A stretch of 64,000 bases of DNA from an uncultured Actinomycetota bacterium (GCA_963718235.1 CAVQYR010000001.1:672001-736000), one strand, 5' to 3'. Positions 9,191 to 18,300 are shown, counted from the first letter of the stretch. Translations and numbers: made by a program. Notes: generated by a model from the letters alone, not told the origin.

Positions 9191-10237
9191 GTGCAGGTCC
9201 GCCACGACGCCTCGTTCAGCGAGCTGACCACCCTGCGGGTGGGGGGAGCAGCGAAACGGCTGGTCGAGGTCGAGCGCACCCAGGAGGCGCTCGACGTGCT
9301 GGCCGACTGCGATGCGTCGGGTGAGCCACTCATCGTGCTCGGTGGTGGGTCGAACCTGCTCGTGTGTGACGAAGCCCCGGACCTCACCGTGCTCGCCGTG
9401 CGGACGCGCGGCATCGACCTGGCGGTCGACGACGACCAGGTGCTGGTGACGGTCGCCGCCGGCGAGCCGTGGGACGACCTCGTCGCGCAGTCGGTCGAGG
9501 CCGGCTGGTCCGGGGTCGAGGCGCTGGGGGGTATCCCCGGCCTGGTGGGGGCGACCCCGATCCAGAACGTGGGGGCCTACGGCCAAGAGGTCGCCGACAC
9601 CGTCGTCTCGGTGGACGTCGTCGACCGGGCGACTGGCGAGCGCGTGGCCCGGCCGGCAGCGCAGTGCTTCTTCGGGTACCGCACGAGCGCCTTCAAACGG
9701 GCGCCCGGAGAGTTCGTGGTGCTCGGGGTGACCTTTCGCCTCCGACGCTCCAGTCGCAGTGCCCCGGTCCGGTACGCCGAGCTCGCGGCGTCCCTGGGCG
9801 TCGCCGTGGGTGACTCGGCGCCCATGGAGCGCGTCCACGAGGCGGTGCTCGCCCTGCGCCGGCGCAAGGGCATGGTCCTCGAGGACGACGACCACGACAC
9901 CTGGAGCGCCGGGTCCTTCTTCACCAACCCGGTCGTCGACGCCGCCGTCGCCGCTGCCCTGCCGGCCGCAGCGCCGCAGTTCGACGCCGGGGAGGGGCAG
10001 GTCAAAGTCTCGGCGGCCTGGCTCATCGAGGAGTCCGGGTTCCCCCGTGGGTCCGGCGGCGACCTCACCGGCGGTCGGGCGGCGCTGTCCTCCAAGCACA
10101 CCCTCGCCGTCACCAACCGCGGGGGCGCGTCGACCGCGGACGTCCTGACCCTCGCGCGGGCCGTCCGGGCTGCGGTGAGTGAGCAGTTCGGCATCGAGCT
10201 GGAGCCCGAGCCGACGCTGGTCGGCTGCCACCTGTGA
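9191..10237 (+). CDS. murB: UDP-N-acetylenolpyruvoylglucosamine reductase
   Basis: TTLRVGG, LGGGSNLL, GIPGLVGATPIQNVGAYG, SAGSFFTNP, KHTLAVTN, LEPEP. Confidence 0.95.
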   Translation: MQVRHDASFSELTTLRVGGAAKRLVEVERTQEALDVLADCDASGEPLIVLGGGSNLLVCDEAPDLTVLAVRTRGIDLAVDDDQVLVTVAAGEPWDDLVAQSVEAGWSGVEALGGIPGLVGATPIQNVGAYGQEVADTVVSVDVVDRATGERVARPAAQCFFGYRTSAFKRAPGEFVVLGVTFRLRRSSRSAPVRYAELAASLGVAVGDSAPMERVHEAVLALRRRKGMVLEDDDHDTWSAGSFFTNPVVDAAVAAALPAAAPQFDAGEGQVKVSAAWLIEESGFPRGSGGDLTGGRAALSSKHTLAVTNRGGASTADVLTLARAVRAAVSEQFGIELEPEPTLVGCHL

Positions 10238-10686
10238 CCGGCGTTCCGCGTCGGGCGACCCCGGACGATGCCGCTGACGTGGCATGGGTGCTCATCGAGT
10301 CACGGCGGGCCAGCGCCGACGTGATCCCGCCGTCCGCCCACCCCGACTCCGAGGTCCGGGCCTGGGTGCGGGACCACCTGCTGCCCGAGGCAGAGGTGTG
10401 GCTCGTCGCCGACCCACTGCCCTGCGCCGTGCTGGCCCTGGGCGACGGGTGGATCGACCAGCTGTACGTGTCGCCGGGACGGACTGGACAGGGGTGGGGG
10501 TCGCTCCTCGTCGACCTCGCCAAGAGCCGGCACCCCGACGGACTGCAGCTGTGGACCTTCGAGAGCAACGTGGGCGCGCAGCGCTTCTACGAGGGCCACG
10601 GCTTCGCCGTCGCGGAACGGACCGACGGGTCAGGCAACGAGGAGCAGGCGCCTGACCTGCGCTACGTCTGGAGTCCCCGCTCCTAG
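10234..10686 (+). CDS. GNAT family N-acetyltransferase
   Basis: IDQLYVSPGRTGQGWGSLL motif A; LWTFESNVGAQRFYEGHGF. Confidence 0.88.
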   Translation: MTGVPRRATPDDAADVAWVLIESRRASADVIPPSAHPDSEVRAWVRDHLLPEAEVWLVADPLPCAVLALGDGWIDQLYVSPGRTGQGWGSLLVDLAKSRHPDGLQLWTFESNVGAQRFYEGHGFAVAERTDGSGNEEQAPDLRYVWSPRS

Positions 10687-11729
10687 CCACTCGGCGGTGT
10701 GTCCAGCCACCGGTCGATGTCGCCGAGGATGCGCGACGCGACGTCGGCCGGGGCGAACGACCCGCGCACCGACATGCGGGCCAGCTCGGCGAGCTCGGCG
10801 TCACTGAACGCGTGGACGCTGCGCGCGATCTCGTACTGCGTGGCCAGCCGGGACCCGAACAGCAACGGGTCGTCGGCTCCCAGGGCGATGGGGACGCCAG
10901 CGTCGAACAGGGCGCGCACGGGCACGTCGTCGAGCGTCCGGTAGACCCCGAGTCCCACGTTGGAGGCCGGGCAGACCTCCAGGGTCACGCCCTGGTCGGC
11001 CAGGCGTCGGACCAGGGCCGGGTCCTCCACGCTGCGCACCCCGTGGCCGATTCGCGACGGCTGGAGCGTGTCCAGGGCGGACCGCACGCTGTCGGCGCCG
11101 AGCAGCTCACCGCCATGCGGGGTGCCGGGCAGGCCCGCGTCGCGGGCGATCCGGAACGCGCGGGCGAAGTCGCTCGCGTCGCCGCGCCGCTCGTCATTGG
11201 CCAGACCGAACCCGACCACCCCGCGTGCGACCTGGGTGGCCGCCAGCCGGGCCAGCGTGCGGGCGTCGAGTGGGTGCCTGGTCCGGTTGGCCCCGACGAT
11301 CACCCCGATCGGGACCCCCACCGAGCGGGAAGCACCGGTGGCGGCCTCCAGGATCAGCTCGAGGGTCGTGGTGAGCCCGTCGAAGCGGTGGGCGTAGCCG
11401 GACGGGTCGACCTGGATCTCCAGCCAACGGGAGCCGTCGGCCACCTCGTCCTGCGCGACCTCGTGCAGCAGCCGGTGCAGGTCCTCCGGGCGCTGCAGGA
11501 CCGAGCGGGCGGTGTCGTACAGCCGCTGGAAGCGGAACCAGCCCCGCTCGTCGGCCGCGGACAGGTGCGGGGGGTAGTGCTCCAACAGGGCGTCGGGCAG
11601 TCGGACGCCGTGCGCGTCGGCCAGCTCGATCATGGTCGTGTGCCGCATCGCGCCGGTGAAGTGCAGGTGCAGGTGGGCCTTGGGCAGGGCGCGCAGGTCG
11701 CGTCCTGACGTCGCCTCGCCGCTGCCCAT
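10683..11729 (-). CDS. add: Adenosine deaminase family protein
   Basis: LPKAHLHLHFTG, PHGGE, RIGHGVR, LEVCPASN, GADDP. Confidence 0.9.
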   Translation of the reverse strand: MGSGEATSGRDLRALPKAHLHLHFTGAMRHTTMIELADAHGVRLPDALLEHYPPHLSAADERGWFRFQRLYDTARSVLQRPEDLHRLLHEVAQDEVADGSRWLEIQVDPSGYAHRFDGLTTTLELILEAATGASRSVGVPIGVIVGANRTRHPLDARTLARLAATQVARGVVGFGLANDERRGDASDFARAFRIARDAGLPGTPHGGELLGADSVRSALDTLQPSRIGHGVRSVEDPALVRRLADQGVTLEVCPASNVGLGVYRTLDDVPVRALFDAGVPIALGADDPLLFGSRLATQYEIARSVHAFSDAELAELARMSVRGSFAPADVASRILGDIDRWLDTPPSG

Positions 11730-11779
11730 GACGCCAGCGTGGCAGGTCGGGACCTTTGGCCGTCGCCGAGGGGGACTAC

Positions 11780-11795
11780 GTACCCTGGGGGGTAC
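11780..11795. promoter_or_regulatory. G/C-tract pseudo-palindrome, candidate CsoR/CstR/RcnR-family operator
   Basis: GTACCC-TGGG-GGGTAC, lying over the -35 region of a putative TAGCCT -10 (11809-11814) upstream of the sqr cassette. Confidence 0.55.
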
Positions 11796-11805
11796 CCGTC
11801 GACCG

Positions 11806-11868
11806 GCATAGCCTGCAAGACATGCAGAGCATGCAGGACCGGCAGGAGCAGCAGGAGCAGCAGGTGAG
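11806..11868 (+). repeat. Seven phased degenerate 9-bp direct repeats beginning GCA
   Basis: GCATAGCCT GCAAGACAT GCAGAGCAT GCAGGACCG GCAGGAGCA GCAGGAGCA GCAGGTGAG. Confidence 0.7.
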
Positions 11869-12463
11869 CCTGCTCACCGCCGAGCACGTGAGCCGGCTGC
11901 TGCACATCGACGCCTCGACGGTCTACCGGATGGCCGGCGACGGCCGGCTCCCGGCGGTCAAGGTCGGTCGTCAGTGGCGGTTCCCGGCGGACCGGATCGC
12001 CCGGCTGCTGGACCTGGGCCCGGGAGCACCGGACCTGGACTCCCGCCAGGCGCAGCCGGTGATCGACGTCGCCGCGGAGCTGCTCGGCGTGATGATGGTC
12101 GTCACGGACATGCAGGGCCGCCCGATCACCCAGGTCGCCAACCCCTGCCCGTGGTTCGCCGACCGAGGCTCCGACCCCGACGTGGTCCAACGCTGCGCGG
12201 AGGAGTGGCACGCGCTGGCCGACGACCTCGACTTCGACCCGCGCTTTCGGCCCGGCTCCCTCGGGTTCGAGTGCGCCCGCGCGTTCGTCCGCGAGGGAAG
12301 CCAGCTGGTCGGCATGGTCCTGGCCGGTGGGGTGGCGCCCGAGGAGTCCACCCGCGACGACCTGTACTCCCTGGACCCCACCCAACGACAGCACGTGCTG
12401 GTCACCTTGCCCAAGGTCGCAGCCACGCTCTCCCGCGTCGCACACGCTGCCCCAACCGCATGA
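11822..12463 (+). CDS. Transcriptional regulator: excisionase-like HTH (HTH_17) fused to PocR-like sensor domain
   Basis: LLTAEHVSRLLHIDASTVYRMAGDGRLPAVKVGRQWRF; C-domain GVMMVVTDMQGRPITQVANPCPWF...RC...GFECARAFV...VGMVLAGGV; start uncertain (leaderless ATG 11822 or GTG 11864 with AGGAG). Confidence 0.8.
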   Translation: MQSMQDRQEQQEQQVSLLTAEHVSRLLHIDASTVYRMAGDGRLPAVKVGRQWRFPADRIARLLDLGPGAPDLDSRQAQPVIDVAAELLGVMMVVTDMQGRPITQVANPCPWFADRGSDPDVVQRCAEEWHALADDLDFDPRFRPGSLGFECARAFVREGSQLVGMVLAGGVAPEESTRDDLYSLDPTQRQHVLVTLPKVAATLSRVAHAAPTA

Positions 12464-12480
12464 CAGCCCAAGGAGAAACG

Positions 12481-13737
12481 ATGAAGCGCCTGCTCATCCT
12501 CGGCGGCGGAACCGCCGGCACGATGGTGGCCAACAAGCTGCGGCACCGACTGGGCGCCGACGAGTGGAGCATCACCGTCGTCGACCAGGACGACGTCCAC
12601 CTCTACCAGCCCGGCTACCTGTTCATCCCGTTCGGGATCTACCAGCCCGACGAGGTGGTGAAGCCACGCCACCAGTTCATCCCCGACGGGGTCGACCTGG
12701 TCCTCGCCGAGATCGACCGGGTGCTGCCCGACGAGAACAAGGTGCTGCTGGTCGGCGGCCGTGAGCTCGGCTACGACCAGCTCGTCATCGCCTCGGGCAC
12801 CACGCCACGACCGGACCAGACCCCCGGCATGGACGGCGAGCTGTTCCGCGACAGCGTCCACGAGTTCTACACCTATGACGGAGCGACGGCCCTGGGCGAG
12901 AAGCTGAAGACCTGGGAGGGCGGCCGGCTCGTCGTGCACATCGTGGACATGCCGATCAAGTGCCCGGTCGCGCCGTTGGAGTTCACCTTCCTGGCCGACG
13001 CCTTCTTCCGTGAGAACGGCGTGCGGGACCAGGTGGAGATCACCTATGTGACCCCGCTTCCCGGGGCGTTCACCAAGCCCGTGGCGTCGAGGTACCTCGG
13101 GGGCATGCTCGACGAGCGCAAGATCGCCCTGGAGTCGGACTTCATGGTCGAGCGCGTCGACGAGGAGACCAAGATGCTCGTCAGCTACGACGAGCGTGAG
13201 GTCCCGTTCGACCTGCTCGTCACGATCCCGCTGAACATGGGGGCGGACTTCGTCGCCCGCTCCGGGATGGGCGACGAGCTCAACTACGTCCCCGTCGACA
13301 AGGGAACGCTGCTCTCGACCGCCCACGACAACGTGTGGGCCGTCGGTGACGCGTCCAACATCCCAGCGTCCAAGGCTGGGTCGGTGGCGCACTTCTCGGT
13401 CGAGATCTTCACCGAGAACTTCCTGCACCACGTGCAGGGCCATGCGATGACCGAGAAGTTCGACGGACATGCCAACTGCTTCGTCGAGTCCGGTGCCGGG
13501 AAGGCGATGCTCATCGACTTCAACTACGACACCGAGCCGCTGCCCGGCAAGTACCCCCTGCCCGGAGTCGGACCGTTCAGCCTGCTGAAGGAGACCGAGG
13601 TCAACCACTGGGGCAAGCTGATGTTCCGCTGGATCTACTGGAACGCGCTGCTCCCTGGCCGTGAGCTCCCCCTGCCCGCCCTGATGTCGATGGTCGGCAA
13701 AGAGACGACGAAGGAATCCGTGGAGGTGGCGTCATGA
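12481..13737 (+). CDS. sqr: Sulfide:quinone oxidoreductase, type III-like flavoprotein
   Basis: AGGAG RBS; ILGGGTAG FAD motif; HLYQPG; Cys161 in KCPVAPLEF; Cys333 in FDGHANCFVESG; HWGKLMFRWIYWN amphipathic tail. Confidence 0.85.
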   Translation: MKRLLILGGGTAGTMVANKLRHRLGADEWSITVVDQDDVHLYQPGYLFIPFGIYQPDEVVKPRHQFIPDGVDLVLAEIDRVLPDENKVLLVGGRELGYDQLVIASGTTPRPDQTPGMDGELFRDSVHEFYTYDGATALGEKLKTWEGGRLVVHIVDMPIKCPVAPLEFTFLADAFFRENGVRDQVEITYVTPLPGAFTKPVASRYLGGMLDERKIALESDFMVERVDEETKMLVSYDEREVPFDLLVTIPLNMGADFVARSGMGDELNYVPVDKGTLLSTAHDNVWAVGDASNIPASKAGSVAHFSVEIFTENFLHHVQGHAMTEKFDGHANCFVESGAGKAMLIDFNYDTEPLPGKYPLPGVGPFSLLKETEVNHWGKLMFRWIYWNALLPGRELPLPALMSMVGKETTKESVEVAS

Positions 13738-14276
13738 CCGAGACCCTCGAGCGTCCGAGCGTCAGCACCGACGAGCGGCTGGAGCAGATCAGCGCGCAGG
13801 TGGCCGAGCTGACCGGCGCCCTCCACAGGCAGCAGGCCGAGCGCGAGCAGCTCACCGAGCTGCTGGGCGAGGTCAACCTGCTGGCCCGGCCGGTCATGGA
13901 CGTCGCGATGACCCGGTTCGGCGAGTTCGACGAGAAGGGGTACTTCGCCTTCGCCAAGGAGTCCGCCGGCATCGTCGACCACGTGGTCACCTCGTTCTCC
14001 CCGGAGGACGTACGAGCCCTCGGGGACAACGTCGTCACGATCCTGCAGACCGTGCGTGAGATGACCCAGCCCGAGGTGATGAACCTGGTCCGCCGCACGG
14101 CCGAGACGGCGCAGGGGACCGACGAGGAGATCACCACGCCACCGTCGACCTTCGCCCTCCTTCGCCAGATGCGTGACCCCGAGGTGCGCCGCGGACTGGC
14201 TCGCGTCATGTCCATGCTGCAGACCGTGGGCGCCGACGTCCCCTCCTCGCACCCCACGACCACAGACCCTCACTGA
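13734..14276 (+). CDS. DUF1641-like helical protein
   Basis: ATGA coupling to sqr; C-terminal STFALLRQMRDPEVRRGLARVMSML signature. Confidence 0.8.
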   Translation: MTETLERPSVSTDERLEQISAQVAELTGALHRQQAEREQLTELLGEVNLLARPVMDVAMTRFGEFDEKGYFAFAKESAGIVDHVVTSFSPEDVRALGDNVVTILQTVREMTQPEVMNLVRRTAETAQGTDEEITTPPSTFALLRQMRDPEVRRGLARVMSMLQTVGADVPSSHPTTTDPH

Positions 14277-14297
14277 CCTGACCCGAAAGGAAAGACC

Positions 14298-14612
14298 ATG
14301 CCTGTCACCAGCCTCAACGGCCGCGACGTCCACGTGGACGACGAGGGCTTCCTCACCGAGTACGACGAGTGGGACGACGACCTCGGCAAGGTGCTCGCCT
14401 CCAACATCGGCATCGACCTCACCGACGAGCACTGGAAGGTCATCCACTTCCTGCGCGACGACTACAAGACCCAGGGCGAGACGGCGACCATTCGCCGCGT
14501 CTCGACCGTCGGTGGCGTGCCCACCAAGCAGCTCTTCACGCTGTTCCCCAAGAAGCCGGCCAAGAAGATGGCCTATGTCGCCGGTCTGCCCAAGCCGCAC
14601 GGCTGCGTGTGA
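14298..14612 (+). CDS. TusE/DsrC family sulfur-relay protein (single C-terminal Cys)
   Basis: VDDEGFL, W, LTDEHWKVIHFLR, LFTLFPKKP, AGLPKPHGCV terminus. Confidence 0.9.
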   Translation: MPVTSLNGRDVHVDDEGFLTEYDEWDDDLGKVLASNIGIDLTDEHWKVIHFLRDDYKTQGETATIRRVSTVGGVPTKQLFTLFPKKPAKKMAYVAGLPKPHGCV

Positions 14613-14635
14613 GCACCCGAGAGGAAGCGATCACC

Positions 14636-15175
14636 ATGACCAGCACCACCGAGACCGCACCGGCCGTCGTCCCCAACTTCGACGACGAGGACTCCGGCGG
14701 CCGCAAGCTCGCGATCATCTGCTCCAAGGGCAACCTCGACATGGCGTACCCAGGTCTGATCCTGGCCAATGCCGCGCTCGGTGAGGGGGTCGAGACTCAC
14801 CTGTTCTTCACCTTCTGGGGCTTCGACATGATCACCAAGTCGCACATGCACGACCTGAAGTTCAGTCCGGTCGGCAACACCGCGATGCACATGCCGGTGG
14901 GCGACGTCCGCGTGCCGCAGGCCCTGGCCCCGCTGCCGGGCATGCAGCCGATGGCCACCAAGATGATCAAGAAGTCGATCGCGGACCTCGGCGTCCCCGA
15001 GGTGCCGGAGTTCCTCGACCTGATCGTGGCGTCCGGCGGGCACCTGTGGGCCTGCCGCATGTCCGCGGACATGAACAAGGTGACCGAGGACGACCTCTAC
15101 GAGGGGGTCGAGGCGATCATCAACGCCTCCGACTTCATCGAGCTCACCGACGGTGCCCAGCTGCTGTTCATCTGA
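14636..15175 (+). CDS. DsrE2/DsrE-DsrF-DrsH-like sulfurtransferase
   Basis: KLAIICSKGNLDMAYPGLILA, LFFTFWG, LWACRMSADM, QLLFI terminus. Confidence 0.88.
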   Translation: MTSTTETAPAVVPNFDDEDSGGRKLAIICSKGNLDMAYPGLILANAALGEGVETHLFFTFWGFDMITKSHMHDLKFSPVGNTAMHMPVGDVRVPQALAPLPGMQPMATKMIKKSIADLGVPEVPEFLDLIVASGGHLWACRMSADMNKVTEDDLYEGVEAIINASDFIELTDGAQLLFI

Positions 15176-15205
15176 CGCCCGGCCTTCGGGTCCCCGCGGG
15201 TCGGG

Positions 15206-16413
15206 TCAGTCGACGGCCTCGCCGAGCAGGGTCGCCATCCGCGACACTCCCTCGACGAGGTCGTCGTCGCCGAGCGCGTAGGACATGCGCAGGTACCCCG
15301 GCGTGCCGAAGGCCTCGCCGGGTACGACGGCGACCTCGGCCTCCTCGAGCAGCAGGTCGGCCAGCTCCAGTGAGGAGGTCGGACGGCGACCGCGGATCTG
15401 CCGGCCCAGCACGCCCTTGACCGATGGGTACGCGTAGAACGCCCCTTGGGGCTCCGGTGCCACGACGCCGGGGATCTCGTTGAGCAGCTTGACGATGGTC
15501 AGGCGTCGACGGTCGAAGGCCGCACGCATCATCACGACGTCGTCCAGGGTCCCGGTGACCGCTGCCAGAGCTGCTGCCTGCGCCACGTTGCTCACGTTGG
15601 ACGTGGAGTGCGACTGCAGGTTCACCGCGCCCTTGACGACGTCCCTGGGCCCGATCATCCAGCCCACCCGCCAACCGGTCATGGCGTAGGTCTTGGCCAC
15701 CCCGTTGACCACGATGCACCGGTCGGCGAGCTCGGGGACCAGCGTCGGCATGGAGGAGAACCGGGCGTCTCCGTAGACCAGGTGCTCGTAGATCTCGTCG
15801 GTGAGCACCCACAGGCCGTGCTGGAACGCCCACTGACCGATCGCCGCCACCTGCTCGGGCGGGTAGACCGCCCCGGTGGGGTTGGACGGGGAGACGAACA
15901 GGACCAGCTTCGTGCGGGGGGTGCGGGCCGCCTCGAGCTGCTCGACGGTGGCCAGGTAGCCGGTCGTCTCGTCGGTGTCGACGTACACCGGGACCCCACC
16001 GAACAGCTGGACCGCCTCGGGGTAGGTGACCCAGTAGGGGGCCTGGATGATGACCTCGTCACCGGGGTCGATCACTGCGGCCATCGCGTTGAAGATGGCC
16101 TGCTTGCCCCCGTTGGTGACCAGAACCTGGTCGGCGGACACCTCTAGCCGGAGTCCCGTCGGGTCTTGGCCGCGATGCCCTCGCGCAGCGCTGCGATGCC
16201 GGCGGCGGGGGAGTAGCGGTGGGTCCAGGGCTCGTGGACCGCCTTGGCGGCGGCCTCGACGATCAGGGCCGGGGTCGGGAAGTCCGGCTCGCCGGCCCCG
16301 AACCCGATGACCGGGCGGCCCGCCGCCTTGAGGGCCTTGGCCTTGGCGTCGACGGCCAGGGTGGCCGACTCGGCGATTCCGGCGACGCGGGTCGAAAGCC
16401 GTGAGGAGGTCAT
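15206..16413 (-). CDS. PLP-dependent class I aminotransferase (aspartate aminotransferase-like), one-base frameshift near 16144
   Basis: N-part [24 protein letters not shown] ends at a TAG; C-part [31 protein letters not shown] is in another frame; one C restores RDSG-Y-EVS. Confidence 0.88.
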
Positions 16414-16612
16414 GAGGGACATCCTTCCACCCGAGTCCCGCCGGCCGCGCCCTCGGCGGGCGGTCCCCGTGGTTCGACTCGCGGTTCGACTCGGCGCTGG
16501 CCCACCGCGTACACTCCCCTCTCGGTGGCGTTCGCACCATGGTTCCGGCATGCCCTCGACCCGTCGCGGTCGGTGGCCAGCAGATGGCGAAGCCGGGACC
16601 GACCGTCACTGG

Positions 16613-16685
16613 AGGGCAGTAGCTCAATTGGCAGAGTCCCGGTCTCCAAAACCGGTGGTTGGGGGTTCGAGTCCCTCCTGCCCTG
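16613..16685 (+). tRNA. tRNA-Trp(CCA)
   Basis: AGGGCAG/CTGCCCT acceptor, CCGGT-CTCCAAA-ACCGG anticodon arm, GGTTCGAGTCC; upstream of secE. Confidence 0.96.
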
Positions 16686-16757
16686 CGGTGTGGCGCACAC
16701 TGAGCAGTAGGTCGAACGGCACGGCGAACGGCACGGTCAACGAGAGCGGGTGAGGCA

Positions 16758-17015
16758 GTGAGCGAGCAGCGGGGCAGCACGTCGACGCCGGAGCGCGGGC
16801 ACCCGTCTGACGCGTCCAGCCCGGGTTTCTTCGGTCGGATGGCGCGCTTCTTCCGTCAGGTCGCGGCGGAGATGCGCAAGGTCGTCTGGCCCACCCGTAG
16901 CCAGCTGATCACCTACACCGCCGTCGTGATCGTCTTCGTCTCGCTGTTCGCCCTGTTGGTGCTGGGGTTCGACCTCGGCATGGCCAAGCTCGTCAGCGCA
17001 GTGTTCGGCGGATAG
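16758..17015 (+). CDS. secE: Preprotein translocase SecE
   Basis: [17 protein letters not shown] followed by TM helix. Confidence 0.95.
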   Translation: MSEQRGSTSTPERGHPSDASSPGFFGRMARFFRQVAAEMRKVVWPTRSQLITYTAVVIVFVSLFALLVLGFDLGMAKLVSAVFGG

Positions 17016-17092
17016 CCGCTTCGCCGTCTCCACCCGTTCCAGACCCGTTCCAGCCCGTTTCGTCCAGCAGCCATCGTCAGGAGAGACCCACC

Positions 17093-17785
17093 GTGTCGGA
17101 GTCCGAAGTCGACCAGACGGTCGACCCGCTCGACGTACCCGTCGACGCCCCTGTCGACGTGATCGTCGACGACGTCCCGGTCGAGGCGACCGAGGTCGAG
17201 CCGGACCCCCGTGAGGAGTTCCGGGACCACCTGAGCGTCCTGCCGGGCGACTGGTACGTCGTGCACTCCTACGCGGGCTACGAGAACCGGGTGAAGCAGA
17301 ACCTGGAGAACCGGCGTTCCTCGCTGAACATGGAGGACTTCGTCCACGACGTCCAGGTCCCCCAGGAGGACGTCGTCGAGATCAAGAACGGCCAGCGCAA
17401 GCAGATCAAGCGCAACAAGTTCCCCGGCTACGTGCTCGTGCGGATGGACCTCACCGACGAGTCGTGGTCGGTCGTGCGGCACACCCCCGGGGTCACCGGG
17501 TTCGTCGGCCACGCCCACCAGCCCACTCCGCTGACGATGGACGAGGTCCTGACGATCCTGTTCATCGAGCCCGAGCAGAGCAAGGCCGCCGCCGCAGCCG
17601 GGGAGATCAAGCTGGTCGACTTCGAGGTGGGCGAGTCGGTGACCGTCATCGACGGCGCCTTCGCGACGCTGCCCGCCACCATCAACGAGATCAACGCCGA
17701 CGCCCAGAAGCTGAAGGTGCTCGTCTCGATCTTCGGCCGCGAGACCCCGGTCGAGCTGTCGTTCGACCAGGTCCAGAAGCTCTAG
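17093..17785 (+). CDS. nusG: Transcription factor NusG
   Basis: [46 protein letters not shown]. Confidence 0.97.
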   Translation: MSESEVDQTVDPLDVPVDAPVDVIVDDVPVEATEVEPDPREEFRDHLSVLPGDWYVVHSYAGYENRVKQNLENRRSSLNMEDFVHDVQVPQEDVVEIKNGQRKQIKRNKFPGYVLVRMDLTDESWSVVRHTPGVTGFVGHAHQPTPLTMDEVLTILFIEPEQSKAAAAAGEIKLVDFEVGESVTVIDGAFATLPATINEINADAQKLKVLVSIFGRETPVELSFDQVQKL

Positions 17786-17821
17786 GCCTCGCCCACCCCA
17801 ACCCAAAGGACCCGAACCACC

Positions 17822-18256
17822 ATGCCTCCGAAGCAGAAGAAGGTCGCTGGCCTGATCAAGCTCCAGATCCAGGCCGGCCAGGCGAACCCCGCCCCGCCCG
17901 TCGGGCCGGCGCTGGGCCAGCACGGCGTGAACATCATGGAGTTCTGCAAGGCGTACAACGCGGCCACCGAGAACCAGCGCGGCAACGTCATCCCGGTCGA
18001 GATCACCGTGTACGAGGACCGCTCGTTCTCCTTCGTCACGAAGACCCCGCCGGCGGCGCGGCTGATCCTCAAGGCGGCCGGGCTCGACAAGGGCTCCGGC
18101 GTCCCGCACAAGGACAAGGTGGGCAGCCTGACTCGCGAGCAGGTCCGCGGCATCGCCGAGCAGAAGATGGAGGACCTCAACGCCAACGACCTCGACGCGG
18201 CCGAGAAGATCATCGCCGGTACCGCACGGTCGATGGGTGTCACCGTCAGCGACTGA
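17822..18256 (+). CDS. rplK: 50S ribosomal protein L11
   Basis: [26 protein letters not shown]. Confidence 0.98.
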   Translation: MPPKQKKVAGLIKLQIQAGQANPAPPVGPALGQHGVNIMEFCKAYNAATENQRGNVIPVEITVYEDRSFSFVTKTPPAARLILKAAGLDKGSGVPHKDKVGSLTREQVRGIAEQKMEDLNANDLDAAEKIIAGTARSMGVTVSD

Positions 18257-18300
18257 GGAGCACCACCAGCACCACCCGCGACCACAGCACCACAGCACAC

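Noticed and set aside
11822-12463. Excisionase-like gene as sign of a prophage or ICE
   Set aside because: Fused to a sensor domain; no integrase, att duplication or phage genes in the window
11974-12480. 587-aa ORF as a longer SQR
   Set aside because: The upstream part overlaps the regulator in another frame; the FAD motif begins right after ATG 12481, which has an AGGAG RBS
14298-15175. DsrC/DsrE as evidence of dissimilatory sulfite reduction or reverse Dsr
   Set aside because: DsrC-like protein lacks the second Cys, and no dsrAB/MKJOP is present here
16471-16494. GGTTCGACTC x2 as tRNA fragment or attachment site near tRNA-Trp
   Set aside because: No acceptor-stem match, differs from the tRNA-Trp T-arm (GGTTCGAGTC) and lies upstream; treated as a simple duplication
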